DNA of 64,000 nucleotides from a virus (Duplodnaviria; Heunggongvirae; Uroviricota; Caudoviricetes): IMG/VR virus record IMGVR_UViG_3300037067_007156, positions 429,519 to 493,518 of that record; one strand, 5' to 3'. Shown piece by piece: positions 46,804 to 57,597 of this stretch (position 1 is its first letter; each line of letters starts with the position of its first letter). The notes under the pieces were generated by a model. It saw only the letters and a program-made list of their open reading frames with translations, ran no database searches and was not told where the DNA came from. The position numbers and the translations under genes were made by a program.

Positions 46804-47340
46804 CTATTTTTCTTTTAATAATAAAAAATTTGCTTCGAATGCTTTGTAATCTTTACAAAAGAAAACATTTTCATCAATCATAGACATTATTAAATGTTCT
46901 CGAAGAACATTAAAAATATCCGACCACATATCACCCATAAAAAATATAGCTGGTTTAATATCAGAAGCTTTTATTAAGTCCATTAATAAAAATGCTTCTG
47001 ATAATGTACCATAAGAACCTATTTGAATAACAAATATTTCACTTTCATCCATCAATAAAAATAATCTATCGAAAATGTTTGGTGTTATAACTGTTTTGGT
47101 TAAATATTTATTTCCATTCACCGAAGGAAATATTTGACATGTATAACCTATAACTTCCCCACCAGCTTCTTTAGCACCTTTTGAAACAGCTGCCATTAAA
47201 CCATTATATCCACCATTTTTTAAAAAATAACCAGATTCTGCTAATAATTTACCAATTTTAATTGTTTCTTGATAATTAATAGAATCTTCTTTTTCAAAAC
47301 CATTACCAAAAAAAGTTGCATATTTTTCAACACTATTCAT
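46804..47340 (-). CDS. LOG/SLOG-family nucleotide-binding protein
   Basis: NGGYNGLMAAVSKGAKEAGG; GSYGTLSE variant of PGGxGTxxE. Confidence 0.85.
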   Translation of the reverse strand: MNSVEKYATFFGNGFEKEDSINYQETIKIGKLLAESGYFLKNGGYNGLMAAVSKGAKEAGGEVIGYTCQIFPSVNGNKYLTKTVITPNIFDRLFLLMDESEIFVIQIGSYGTLSEAFLLMDLIKASDIKPAIFFMGDMWSDIFNVLREHLIMSMIDENVFFCKDYKAFEANFLLLKEK

Positions 47341-47373
47341 ATAAATAATTTTTACAAATATATTGAATTATTA

Positions 47374-47913
47374 TTATAAATTATTTAAAAGTGGATGATT
47401 TTCATTACTTTTAGTTTGATTATCTTTAATAGCATCATTAACATAGTTTTCTATAATTTCTACTGATTTTATGTACTGAGAAACAAACATGTCATCAAAA
47501 AAACCATAATATGTAATAATTGTTTCACCTTTAATCGTAGAATTATCACTACTTGATACACAAGAAACTATTTCATTATAATAATTATCAATTGACTTAA
47601 CATAAACTTTAATGAATAAAGTTCCAAATTTACCATCATATTTTAATTTATAATCATTTGATAAATATTCACTAAAATAAACAACATCTTTAAAGTCAAT
47701 TGTTTTACTATAATAAACACATTTATACTCAATCTTATTAATAGTATCTTGTAGATAAGGATAACTACTTATAGTAGTTTTTACAACATTTTTATTGTTA
47801 TTTTCATATTTTTTATAGAATTCTTCTGTGTTATATGTTTTATTACAAGACACAAAAGAAATAAGAACTAATAACATTAATGTTATTCCAGATATTTTAA
47901 TTAATCTTTTCAT
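47374..47913 (-). CDS. putative lipoprotein
   Basis: Signal peptide ending FVSC (lipobox-like). Confidence 0.6.
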   Translation of the reverse strand: MKRLIKISGITLMLLVLISFVSCNKTYNTEEFYKKYENNNKNVVKTTISSYPYLQDTINKIEYKCVYYSKTIDFKDVVYFSEYLSNDYKLKYDGKFGTLFIKVYVKSIDNYYNEIVSCVSSSDNSTIKGETIITYYGFFDDMFVSQYIKSVEIIENYVNDAIKDNQTKSNENHPLLNNL

Positions 47914-47947
47914 TTTTAAATAGTTGTTTTTATATACCTAAATGGTA

Positions 47948-49087
47948 TTATTTTATATTTTCATCTAAAATTTTTTCTATATTTTTTATTTCAAAATATG
48001 GAATTCTTATAAGTTTTATATTATTGTTTTTACAATAGTCTGTTTTTATTTGGTCTCTGATTTGCATACTTTTTAATCCCATTTCACCACCAAAATTGTT
48101 TATAGATTTATAATGTTGTTCACCATCATATTCTACACATATATTTTCTTCTGGCAAATAAAAATCAAAAGGTAATTTTAGTTTATTTTTACAATCATCA
48201 AATTTAAATTCTCTTTTATATTTTATATTTTTTTCCTTTAAATATAAATCAATTATTTTTTCTCCTTTTGATTCTTTACAATGAGGACAACCACTATCAA
48301 GATTTACAAAATCATTATAATTTGGAAACCATTTATGACCAAGATTACAACTCAATGAAATTTTAGTTGTTAAAGAAGAATTATAAATAAATTCATTTAA
48401 TAATGTATAATTTTTTTCTTCACATTTTAACTTAACTTTATTTTCAGCCTCTTGTTGTGTTGTTAATAAATTATTACCACAACGAGAACAACCATATTTT
48501 AAATAAACAAAATTACTAAAAATAGATTCCCAAATATAACCATCCTTTTTACATTTTAATGTTAAATGTGTTTTTGTACCATTTTTATAAATAAATGGGT
48601 ATAATAATTCATAATTTTCTTCTTCACACCTCTGATTCACTTTATTTTCAGACTCTTGTTGTGTTAGCTTTAATAAACCACTACATTTAGGACAACCACA
48701 TTCTAAATTGATAAATTTTTTATACGATGTATTCCATTGATAATTATCTTTTAAACACTTTAATTTTAAATTATTAGAGTGGTTATTTTTATATACAAAT
48801 GGTTCAATTATTATATAATTTAATTGATTACATTTAATTTTTATTTTTTCTAAAACCTCATCATGTGTATATTTTAATGTCCCACTACATTTAGGACACC
48901 CCGTTTTTTTATTAATAAAATTATTATAAGATATTTCCCATATATAATTGTCTTTAATACATTTTAAAATAATCTTTGATTTATTATTTACATAAATAAA
49001 TGGTTTAACTAAAATATAATCAGATTCAATACATCTTTTTGAAATTTTAATATCTACATCTTTCTGTAATAATCTTAAACCTCTCAT
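47948..49087 (-). CDS. homing-endonuclease-like protein with Zn-ribbon repeats and C-terminal PD-(D/E)XK domain
   Basis: Four LKC...W...GCxxC repeats; SKGE, LPFDFYL, VEYDGEQHY, IKLIRIPY. Confidence 0.78.
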   Translation of the reverse strand: MRGLRLLQKDVDIKISKRCIESDYILVKPFIYVNNKSKIILKCIKDNYIWEISYNNFINKKTGCPKCSGTLKYTHDEVLEKIKIKCNQLNYIIIEPFVYKNNHSNNLKLKCLKDNYQWNTSYKKFINLECGCPKCSGLLKLTQQESENKVNQRCEEENYELLYPFIYKNGTKTHLTLKCKKDGYIWESIFSNFVYLKYGCSRCGNNLLTTQQEAENKVKLKCEEKNYTLLNEFIYNSSLTTKISLSCNLGHKWFPNYNDFVNLDSGCPHCKESKGEKIIDLYLKEKNIKYKREFKFDDCKNKLKLPFDFYLPEENICVEYDGEQHYKSINNFGGEMGLKSMQIRDQIKTDYCKNNNIKLIRIPYFEIKNIEKILDENIK

Positions 49088-49102
49088 AATATATTATAAT
49101 AA

Positions 49103-52003
49103 TTAGTGTAAAAATGTTACATAACCACTTAATATTTCTTTTCTCCCTGATGTATAAGTCACCCAACATTTCCATACATAAACACCTTGTATAGCTAAAT
49201 GTAACCCATCATCAAGATAACCATCCCACCCCTTTTCTAATTGGTTGGATTCATATATCAAATTACCCCACCTGTTATAAATTTCCAATTTATATTCTGA
49301 TACATTAGTCGGATGTGGTCTAAAAACAGTATTGTCAATAACTGTTTCATCCCAATATCCACCAGTACTACCAACCCCATTCCATCGAAAGGCGTTGGGA
49401 AATACTATAAAACCTTCATCTGAATTAACTCTAATTAAATTATCTTTTATTATAGAATCCGTACAATTATTTTCACTCCATACGTATAATATTATATCAT
49501 ATTCACCTTCTGCTGTATATGTATATGATGGATGAATATCAGTTGATGTACTACCATCTCCGAATGTCCAATAACACCTATCCATATCAATAGAAGTATT
49601 GTAGAATTTAAAAAGTTGATTTAAATCAACTGATTCTTCTGGATAGACATTAAAAAGTGCTACTGGATGTGGATATACTGTAATAGTGACTGAATCTTTA
49701 GAAACTCCACTCATACCATACCCAGACATAACCACGTTATATGTTCCACTTTCATAAAAAGTGTGTGTTGGTTCATATTCGGTTGAATAAAAACCATCTC
49801 CAAAATCCCAAATATAACTATCAGCAAAAGTTGTATTATTTCTAAAAATAACAGTAAAAGGTGGACAACCACTTGAATCCATTTCGATATCAGTCATTGG
49901 TGGTGGTGGTAATATTATTATTGATTTAGTAATACTATCAGAACAATATAAACTATAAGTTTTTAAAAATATATTATATGTACCATAATTTGAATATATA
50001 TGATTTAATGGTTCTTTTATTGTAATATTTAAATTATCACCAAAATTCCAATAATATAACCAGTTGCCAGCATTGCTTAAATTATCTAATAAAACAGTTG
50101 AACTTGGAAATATTTGTTCAATAGGTGCTACAAAAAAATCGGCAATTGGTCTTGGATAAATTGAAATGTTATGTGAAGTTGTTGAAACACAATTATTATC
50201 AGTATAAACCGTTAATGTCGGATGAAATATAGTATCATGAATTGAATTATTTATATAACCGTGTGTCAAAATTGAACTTGAATTTGTTTCTGATGCACCA
50301 TCATCAAAATTCCAATCGTATCTGAGAAAACCAGACTGAGAGGTAAAATTAGCTATCACAGGACTACACAAATTATCTGCTGATATAGTAAAATCTGAAT
50401 TTGGTAATGGGTAAACTTCCAATTCTATCGAATCATTTAATGATGATGAACAAACCAATGAATCATGATATTCTGTTATACTAATCAAATTATAATCATA
50501 TAAACCATCAAAAGCAATTGTGTCATTAACAGTTATTTGATTTGTCGTTATATTATTTATATTTTGTGAAACACCATTTTTTGATAATATCAAATCAGTT
50601 ATTCCACCAAATAATTCAACATATATTTCAATTGGTATTATATTCGAATTTTTATCACAAAACGCAGAATCCTTGGTTATAAACCAAGCATTTGGTAAAT
50701 CATAAACTGTTATTGTTGTCTGGTCTACACCAACACAACCATTAGTATCGGGTGGTGTTGAAAAACTTATCATATAATCACCAGTACGTGTAGGTGAAAA
50801 TAAACCAAGCGTGTTATCAACAATACCACCACCAGACCACGAACCAGAAGGAAAGTCAACACCTAAATCAAATGTATCTGTTGTAAAACATATTGGTGCA
50901 AAATCAGTTATGTTTACAACAGGTGTAGGTAAAACATTAACTATTGCTGTATCCCAGTTACTACACCCATTTCCATCAGTTACATCATAACGAATTATAT
51001 GTTGTCCAGCATCTGCAACACTTGGTGAAAACAAACCACTTGACCCATTTATAACACCATCACCAGACCACGTACCACCATTAGTAGCAGCAGTTAAATT
51101 TATTGGACTTGCTGTTCTACATATATCTGGAATATTATTTATGGTAGCATTTGGATATGGAACTATTAATATTATTGCAGTTGTTGTGACTGGTGGGTTG
51201 TCACCGTTTATTAAATCAACAGGAAGTCCTGATATATTAGGGTCATCATATGGATTACAATAATTCCAATATCTAAGTGTTACTTGAAAATATTGTCCTA
51301 CTAACTTATCATTAGCAACATTCATCCATTGACTATAAATACCAGAACCAGCAACCGGGGCTGGTAATGTTATAATGTTTCCATAATACGGAAATATTTG
51401 TGAAACACCGTTTATGGTAACAGGTGTACCTGTCATTGTTATATCAGTTCCATAAACCCACTGTATCCATCTTGTTTCTAAATTGGGAACATCATTCTCT
51501 TGTGGTGGAACACAATTAAATCTTGTAACATCTCTAAATCGAACATTAGCACCATTACCAAAACATATTGGATATATTCTTGGTTGAATATTTAAAAATC
51601 CTCCATTACTATTATCATTATCCCAAATTGTAACAATTTGTTGCTGTTCGGATGATGTACACACCTGACCATTCACAATTAAAGTGGCAGCAGGTTGATA
51701 ATTACATTGATTATTAGAATTATATATATGATTTGAAGTTGTACTCCATTCACGAATAGTTGGGTCTGGATTTGTATTTGTGGCAATTACTGTCTGAGTC
51801 GTTCCATCATCCCAATTATATCTAATTGTAACTGGTGTTCCATTATTATTAACACCTCTGTATGTTACAGTCCAATCAACAGAAACAGGGGAACATAAAT
51901 CAGTGGGAAGAATATCATTGGCTTTTGATATAATCGAACAATCTTGACTAAAGATAGTTATACTATATACAAAAAAAAATATCAATAGAAAATATTTTCT
52001 CAT
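49103..52003 (-). CDS. secreted PKD-domain protein with T9SS type-B (gliding-motility-associated) C-terminal domain
   Basis: Signal peptide; several WxFGDG PKD repeats; C-terminal FPNAF...IYNRWG...GWDG...GVYVW...GYVTF. Confidence 0.88.
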   Translation of the reverse strand: MRKYFLLIFFFVYSITIFSQDCSIISKANDILPTDLCSPVSVDWTVTYRGVNNNGTPVTIRYNWDDGTTQTVIATNTNPDPTIREWSTTSNHIYNSNNQCNYQPAATLIVNGQVCTSSEQQQIVTIWDNDNSNGGFLNIQPRIYPICFGNGANVRFRDVTRFNCVPPQENDVPNLETRWIQWVYGTDITMTGTPVTINGVSQIFPYYGNIITLPAPVAGSGIYSQWMNVANDKLVGQYFQVTLRYWNYCNPYDDPNISGLPVDLINGDNPPVTTTAIILIVPYPNATINNIPDICRTASPINLTAATNGGTWSGDGVINGSSGLFSPSVADAGQHIIRYDVTDGNGCSNWDTAIVNVLPTPVVNITDFAPICFTTDTFDLGVDFPSGSWSGGGIVDNTLGLFSPTRTGDYMISFSTPPDTNGCVGVDQTTITVYDLPNAWFITKDSAFCDKNSNIIPIEIYVELFGGITDLILSKNGVSQNINNITTNQITVNDTIAFDGLYDYNLISITEYHDSLVCSSSLNDSIELEVYPLPNSDFTISADNLCSPVIANFTSQSGFLRYDWNFDDGASETNSSSILTHGYINNSIHDTIFHPTLTVYTDNNCVSTTSHNISIYPRPIADFFVAPIEQIFPSSTVLLDNLSNAGNWLYYWNFGDNLNITIKEPLNHIYSNYGTYNIFLKTYSLYCSDSITKSIIILPPPPMTDIEMDSSGCPPFTVIFRNNTTFADSYIWDFGDGFYSTEYEPTHTFYESGTYNVVMSGYGMSGVSKDSVTITVYPHPVALFNVYPEESVDLNQLFKFYNTSIDMDRCYWTFGDGSTSTDIHPSYTYTAEGEYDIILYVWSENNCTDSIIKDNLIRVNSDEGFIVFPNAFRWNGVGSTGGYWDETVIDNTVFRPHPTNVSEYKLEIYNRWGNLIYESNQLEKGWDGYLDDGLHLAIQGVYVWKCWVTYTSGRKEILSGYVTFLH

Positions 52004-52947
52004 AACTAAAACATGTTTTAATGTTCTTTATAGAACAAAAAATCATTTTTGTTTAAATATTTTCTATTGATAATTAAAGTTTATTAAAAATTATTTCTTT
52101 TCTTCAGGGTTTTCTTCAGTTTCACCGTCTTTGCATTTACAGTCTTTACATTTGTCACATTCTTCACCCTCTTTACATTCACAATCACATTTTTTTTCAT
52201 CTATTTTTTCTTCAGGTGTAACAACTGTTTCTTCTGTTTTACTTTCACCTAATACATCTTTTGATGTTTCAGTCCTTTTTGTTTTCTTAGCTTCAAAATC
52301 ACTTTGAAAATTTTTAACAAACTCATTAAAGCAAAGCAAATTGTTTAGTTTCATATTTCTAAAAATTTATTTTTATATATGTATATATTTTTAAAATAAA
52401 ATCATTTTTTCTTCATTTTTATCAAAAATATAACACCCTTATTATCAGTATATTATATTTTTGAATGTTCAAACTTCTTCAAAAGGTACAACTTAATGAT
52501 ATATACTATATAATATAATTTACTTTTTTTCTTAAATATATAAAATCAAAAAAAAATATGAATAATTTATTAAATCAAAATTTTGAAGAATTTAAAGAAA
52601 ATTATGGTTATAACGAAGTTAACACATTGTTTAATGAAAAATTAACATCATTAAATAATACAAATGATGATGATATTGATGAATCTGATGAAACGTTTTA
52701 TTTAAATGTAAGTGATGAAGAAATAGCTAATGAGTTAGTTGAAGAATTATTAGATAATTTTGAAGGGTTGTATGGTGAATTGAATGATTCTGAAAGAAAA
52801 AATGTTCAAGATATGATAATAGAATATTATGAATTTTTGAAATTTTAAATGATGGTAAAAATACCGATAAATATATAATATCGGTATAATTGTCGATGAA
52901 AATTATATTTTTATTTTTAATAAATATATACATATATAAATGAATAT

Positions 52948-53898
52948 TTGAAATTGAAAAAGTTTAAGAAGTATAAATATAATCCAGCTAATTTGTCATA
53001 TGATGAAATAAAAATAACATATAAAGAAATTTTATTTAAAATTTTATTTTTAATATTATTTGGGTTGGTATCTTATTTCACGATTTCCTATATATTTGAA
53101 TCACCTGAAGAAAAAAGATTAAAAGATAAAATATTTGTGATGTGGACAGATATTCAAATTATAATTAACAGGATTGATGGATTAGAATCTATTATTAATG
53201 AAATTGAATCGAAAGATAGTGTTATTTATAAATCATTATTTGAGTCTGAACCAGATTTTAAAATGATTACTGAAGAAAATAATGATAAAAATTATAAATC
53301 AAATTATATTAAATTTGTTGAAGAAACACATCAAAGATTAAATGTTATTCAACGAAAAATTACTGAAGAGTATAGTAGTTATGAGAATATTGAAAAATTA
53401 GCTTTACAAAAAGAAGATTATTTTAAAAAAGTACCAGCTATACAACCAATATCTAATAAAGATTTAAGAAGAACAGCGAGTGGTTGGGGATGGAGGACAC
53501 ATCCTATTTATAAAATTAGAAAATTTCATTATGGTTTAGATTTTAGTGCAAAAGAAGGAACACCTATATTTGCTACTGGAGATGCCACAGTTGAATATGT
53601 AAAAAGTGAATTAAGGGGATATGGTAATTTTGTGATTTTAAATCATGGTTATGGATTTAAAACTCTGTATGGTCATATGAGTAAATTTAATGTTAAAAAT
53701 GGACAAAAAGTAAAACGAGGTGATATTATTGGATTTGTTGGTACTACTGGTACAAGTACGGGTACACATTTACATTATGAAGTTTTAAAAAATGACCAAA
53801 GAATTAATCCTATTAATTTTTTCTTTAATGATTTAACACCGGATGAATATGAGAAAATGATTAAGATATCTAATTCTATGAATCAAACGTTTGATTAA
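52948..53898 (+). CDS. M23 family peptidase with N-terminal TM helix and coiled coil
   Basis: HYGLDF, LYGHM, HLHYEV. Confidence 0.92.
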   Translation: MKLKKFKKYKYNPANLSYDEIKITYKEILFKILFLILFGLVSYFTISYIFESPEEKRLKDKIFVMWTDIQIIINRIDGLESIINEIESKDSVIYKSLFESEPDFKMITEENNDKNYKSNYIKFVEETHQRLNVIQRKITEEYSSYENIEKLALQKEDYFKKVPAIQPISNKDLRRTASGWGWRTHPIYKIRKFHYGLDFSAKEGTPIFATGDATVEYVKSELRGYGNFVILNHGYGFKTLYGHMSKFNVKNGQKVKRGDIIGFVGTTGTSTGTHLHYEVLKNDQRINPINFFFNDLTPDEYEKMIKISNSMNQTFD

Positions 53899-54109
53899 GA
53901 TTTAATATAATAATATTTATGAAATTATTATAGGTTATTTATAAATATTATATGAATGTTGTTACATATGTAAGATACGCAAAAAATTAAAGGTATAATA
54001 ATATAATTATAAATTTTACAAGTGATATTTTATATATTAGACCCAGATTAAATCAATTGATAATGATTGGTACATGAAATAAAAATGATAATAATATTTA
54101 TTCTTAAAA

Positions 54110-54403
54110 TTAATATTTACCAATATTTAAAAATTTAAAAATATCGTTGGTTATTTTATAAACAATCACAAAGTAATCATCTTCATCATTTTTATTAACA
54201 AATGTTATTTCTTCTATATTTTCATCACCACCACTAAGTCCGAAATAATTGTATATTATATTACCAATCTTGATATTATCTCCCCATATATCTTTATGAG
54301 GATTATTACCTTTATAATTTTCAAGTTTTATTTTAAGGTCATCTAACGATTTATAATAAAATATATTTTTATTATAATTTTCGAATAATTTAATATATTT
54401 CAT
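54110..54403 (-). CDS. hypothetical protein with MKYIKLFE N-terminal motif
   Basis: MKYIKLFENYN; palindromic TAATATATA at 54417-54430. Confidence 0.6.
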   Translation of the reverse strand: MKYIKLFENYNKNIFYYKSLDDLKIKLENYKGNNPHKDIWGDNIKIGNIIYNYFGLSGGDENIEEITFVNKNDEDDYFVIVYKITNDIFKFLNIGKY

Positions 54404-54668
54404 GTTGATTTTTTTATTAATATATATTAAAATTTTTTATTAAAAAAATTAAAGATGAAAATTATTTACAATTTAATGAATCAAAAATAGTGGAATATTT
54501 GTTACACCCATAAACATGAAAATATATAGAGCTTAAATTTATATTAGTACCATTCATAAAGTTTAAAGAATTTGATGGTTTGATTAATAAGAATAATAAT
54601 GAAATTTATTATTACTAATTTTTTTTATAATTAAATTAAGTTTATTTTTGTATAAAAATAATAAACTT

Positions 54669-56018
54669 ATGATAGCACAAAATATAATCGGTAAATTTAA
54701 AGATAACTTAGTTGATGCTGAATATGAATTAGTTTCAGTTAACGCTCAAGACTTATCTGGATATCTTAGAAATTTTTATTTATCAGAAGATATCAATATT
54801 GATGATTATAACGAAGCTAAAAATCAAAAAAATCATTTCTCAGATAAAAAAGAACAAGAAATAACTGAAGTCAATCCACCGATTGAAATATATGAATATC
54901 AGAACTTTTTTCTATTACAAAAGAAATTGGGTGAATATATTTTGTTAGATGGATTTCGTAGATTACTTTGGTATAACGCTCCAGACCATGATATTTTGGT
55001 TCGGGTTTATCAGGAAGAAGATTTAACAAGTGAAAAAATTTTAACACTTATGATTCACCTTAATCATTTTAAATTTTATGGTGGCGGTGCATATCTCGAA
55101 CGTGGATTTTCTCTTTTACTTAAAACGGTTTTTAACCTTGATATATTTAAATATAAAGATGCGTTTGATGCCTACTTATCAAGTAATCAAATAAAAAATG
55201 ATTATAGTGGTGATTTTGGTAAAACCAATAATAAGAAACTGAACTCAGTAAAAGAAAGGATTATTAACAAACATTTTATATCAGATACCAAGTTCATTCA
55301 GGAAATAAATGATGCTGGATATATGGTTAATAAAATGTTTGGTGCATTTGTTTATCAGCAACGTTTAATTACAGATGTTGAGTTTGATTCAAAAAAGTTT
55401 ATATCGATATTAAAAGATATTAAATTATTAAATCCTCTTATTGAGAAATATAATAAGGTTGGTACAAATCATTCAGCCGATAGTCAAAAGGTTGTTAATA
55501 CAATAATGGATTTTTACTCACAGTCTTTTATTTCTATGTTGGGTGGTGTGGTAGAGAAAACATATGCTGAAAAGGTTCAAGAATGTAAAGATTTAGTAAC
55601 AAAACTTAAAAAAGACAAAACACTTTTGAAAGTGACTGGAAATCCAAAATGGTATAAAATAGATGCTGCATTACGAGAACGAATGGTTGTTAACAAAGAA
55701 AAAGTTCGTTTTGTTTGTGTTGTGTTTCCTACGGAAACTAATATGTATGATTATGATAATAAAGTAATACCAGAACTACCATATGGTATCTTGAATAAAG
55801 AAATAGTGTTTTTTAAACAAACAATTCATTTAATGGCGGTATCAGAACATTATGGTTTTGTGCATGACAACGGTGCTAAATACACTTTTCATCATAATTA
55901 TAAAAGTTATGGGTCTGGTAAAAGATATACTTATATTTCAGATGATAGATTTTCTGGAAGAAGTAGACAAACTGTTGAATTATTTGCTGAGTTACCACAA
56001 AGTATATTTGAAAAATAA
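54669..56018 (+). CDS. ParB/Srx-like N-terminal domain protein
   Basis: YILLDGFRRL motif; start placed at MIAQN. Confidence 0.5.
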   Translation: MIAQNIIGKFKDNLVDAEYELVSVNAQDLSGYLRNFYLSEDINIDDYNEAKNQKNHFSDKKEQEITEVNPPIEIYEYQNFFLLQKKLGEYILLDGFRRLLWYNAPDHDILVRVYQEEDLTSEKILTLMIHLNHFKFYGGGAYLERGFSLLLKTVFNLDIFKYKDAFDAYLSSNQIKNDYSGDFGKTNNKKLNSVKERIINKHFISDTKFIQEINDAGYMVNKMFGAFVYQQRLITDVEFDSKKFISILKDIKLLNPLIEKYNKVGTNHSADSQKVVNTIMDFYSQSFISMLGGVVEKTYAEKVQECKDLVTKLKKDKTLLKVTGNPKWYKIDAALRERMVVNKEKVRFVCVVFPTETNMYDYDNKVIPELPYGILNKEIVFFKQTIHLMAVSEHYGFVHDNGAKYTFHHNYKSYGSGKRYTYISDDRFSGRSRQTVELFAELPQSIFEK

Positions 56019-56022
56019 AATT

Positions 56023-56346
56023 ATGGAAGAAGATACCTTAGATTTAATTGAAAAAATTCAGGAAGCCAGAAATCCTAAATACTTTTTGTGGCAAGTTGTA
56101 AAAGATACTGAATTTTTTAAGGCTAAATATAATTACAATATTTTAATTGGTGAAAAAAATAATATAATTTACTTTAATTACGATTTAAAAAATCACACTT
56201 TATATTACAGTTATCAAAATATTTATAAAATTTTAAAAACAAAATATCACCTTAATGAAATGAGAGCTAATGAATTAGTTAGCGAGATGGTAAGTGAACA
56301 TTTCAAATTGAGGGTGGACACAACCACTATAGCCCATAGGAGGTAA
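56023..56346 (+). CDS. 107-aa paralog of 14268-14591; C-terminus encoded by repeat 1 plus spacer 1 of mini-array 2
   Basis: True start MEEDTL at 56023 by alignment to its paralog. Confidence 0.8.
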   Translation: MEEDTLDLIEKIQEARNPKYFLWQVVKDTEFFKAKYNYNILIGEKNNIIYFNYDLKNHTLYYSYQNIYKILKTKYHLNEMRANELVSEMVSEHFKLRVDTTTIAHRR

Positions 56347-56462
56347 TAAAGTTCAGTAAGTGAACATTTCAAATTGAGGGTGGACACAATAACATCAACC
56401 ATTCTCTATACATAATAGTACCTTTTATTAAGTAAATATTTCAAATTAAAGGTTGATACAAC
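56289..56462 (+). CRISPR. Cas-less CRISPR-like mini-array 2: three 36-bp repeats, spacers of 30 and 36 bp
   Basis: GGTAAGTGAACATTTCAAATTGAGGGTGGACACAAC at 56289-56324, 2 mismatches at 56355-56390, degenerate at 56427-56462. Confidence 0.72.
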
Positions 56463-56529
56463 TAAATTTTAAATAATGAGAGCAAAACAATTAATCGAAG
56501 CACTTAGTAAACTTGACCAAAATAAGCGT

Positions 56530-56583
56530 ATTAAATTTCAAAATGCTGGTGGATGGATTAAATTTCAAAATGCTGGTGGATGG
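56530..56583 (+). repeat. perfect 27-bp in-frame tandem duplication within 56476-56769
   Basis: ATTAAATTTCAAAATGCTGGTGGATGG twice (IKFQNAGGW twice). Confidence 0.9.
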
Positions 56584-56949
56584 AAAGATAAAACTATGGC
56601 AGTAAACGCTATAATAGAACAGGGTAACGCTTACATTTTAATATGGGCATGTCATCCACATTGCATAAAAGAAGATTTGAAAGAAGGTCAAAAACTTATA
56701 TGGTATAATCCAAATTGTGGAAATGCACATTTGGTCAAAGATTATTTTCCAGAATATGTGTCTATTTAAACTTTCAATATCGTATCGAATTAATCCGTAT
56801 AACTTCGGGTTTATAAACTATACCGCTTGGTATGTGTTGGGTGGTTTATCAGCACTAAATTAAATTTAAAAACGAAATTTACGTATAACTTAATAAAAAC
56901 TTACATATATTTGTTGTTACGTTTTAGTAAAAATTAAATAATTGATGAT

Positions 56950-57108
56950 ATGGAACTGGATGAAAAACAAAAACTTTTTAGAGATAAACTCAAAAAAGCG
57001 GTAATTGATGGTAAAACAAGTATGTTTGGGAGAGAACGAACTGATGAAGAAAAGTTTTTGTTCAAACAAAAGATGTTAAAGTTATATGCTGATGGTAAAG
57101 GTATTTAA
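56950..57108 (+). CDS. 52-aa cassette-borne ORF, not in ORF track
   Basis: MELDEKQKLFRDKLKKAVIDGKTSMFGRERTDEEKFLFKQKMLKLYADGKGI. Confidence 0.55.
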   Translation: MELDEKQKLFRDKLKKAVIDGKTSMFGRERTDEEKFLFKQKMLKLYADGKGI

Positions 57109-57167
57109 TTTATATTAAACATAAAATGGTGGTATATACTGATTTTTAACCGATTTAAAACAACGAC

Positions 57168-57518
57168 ATGATAACTGAACAAGATTTACATGAATACAAT
57201 AAATGGCTTATGGAAGTATGGAATCCGAACCAACTTTATATACCATTTGGAATAGATGCACCAAGAGCTTTTTTAACCTACAAAACTAAGGTTAAAAATT
57301 TGGATATACCACGTGTTATAAACTGGGTGGCGGTAAAAGATAAATTACCACCAAGACCAGATGAAGATTATTTAGTAGTAATGCGTAACAAGAATAAGGA
57401 GGGCGGAATTGCTTTGCAGGATGTTAAAAACTTTACAAGTGATGGAATTTGGGTAGGTGGTAATAATTGGGAAGATGTTGTGGCGTGGGCTGAACTTCCT
57501 GAGCCGCCTTGTTTATAA
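57168..57518 (+). CDS. two-part protein with C-terminal DUF551-like domain
   Basis: WVAVKDKLP...YLV...VVAWAELPEPP begins immediately after the GTT junction at 57315. Confidence 0.75.
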   Translation: MITEQDLHEYNKWLMEVWNPNQLYIPFGIDAPRAFLTYKTKVKNLDIPRVINWVAVKDKLPPRPDEDYLVVMRNKNKEGGIALQDVKNFTSDGIWVGGNNWEDVVAWAELPEPPCL

Positions 57519-57597
57519 TGTCCGCAGGTATGGTTAGTTGCATGTTGAATAACCAACTAACTTTAATACGAGTGATAAACTTTAAAATATAGAAATA

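Noticed and set aside
55852-56022. N-terminal extension of ORF-track call 55852-56346
   Set aside because: Overlaps the upstream gene in another frame; the paralog alignment fixes the start at 56023.
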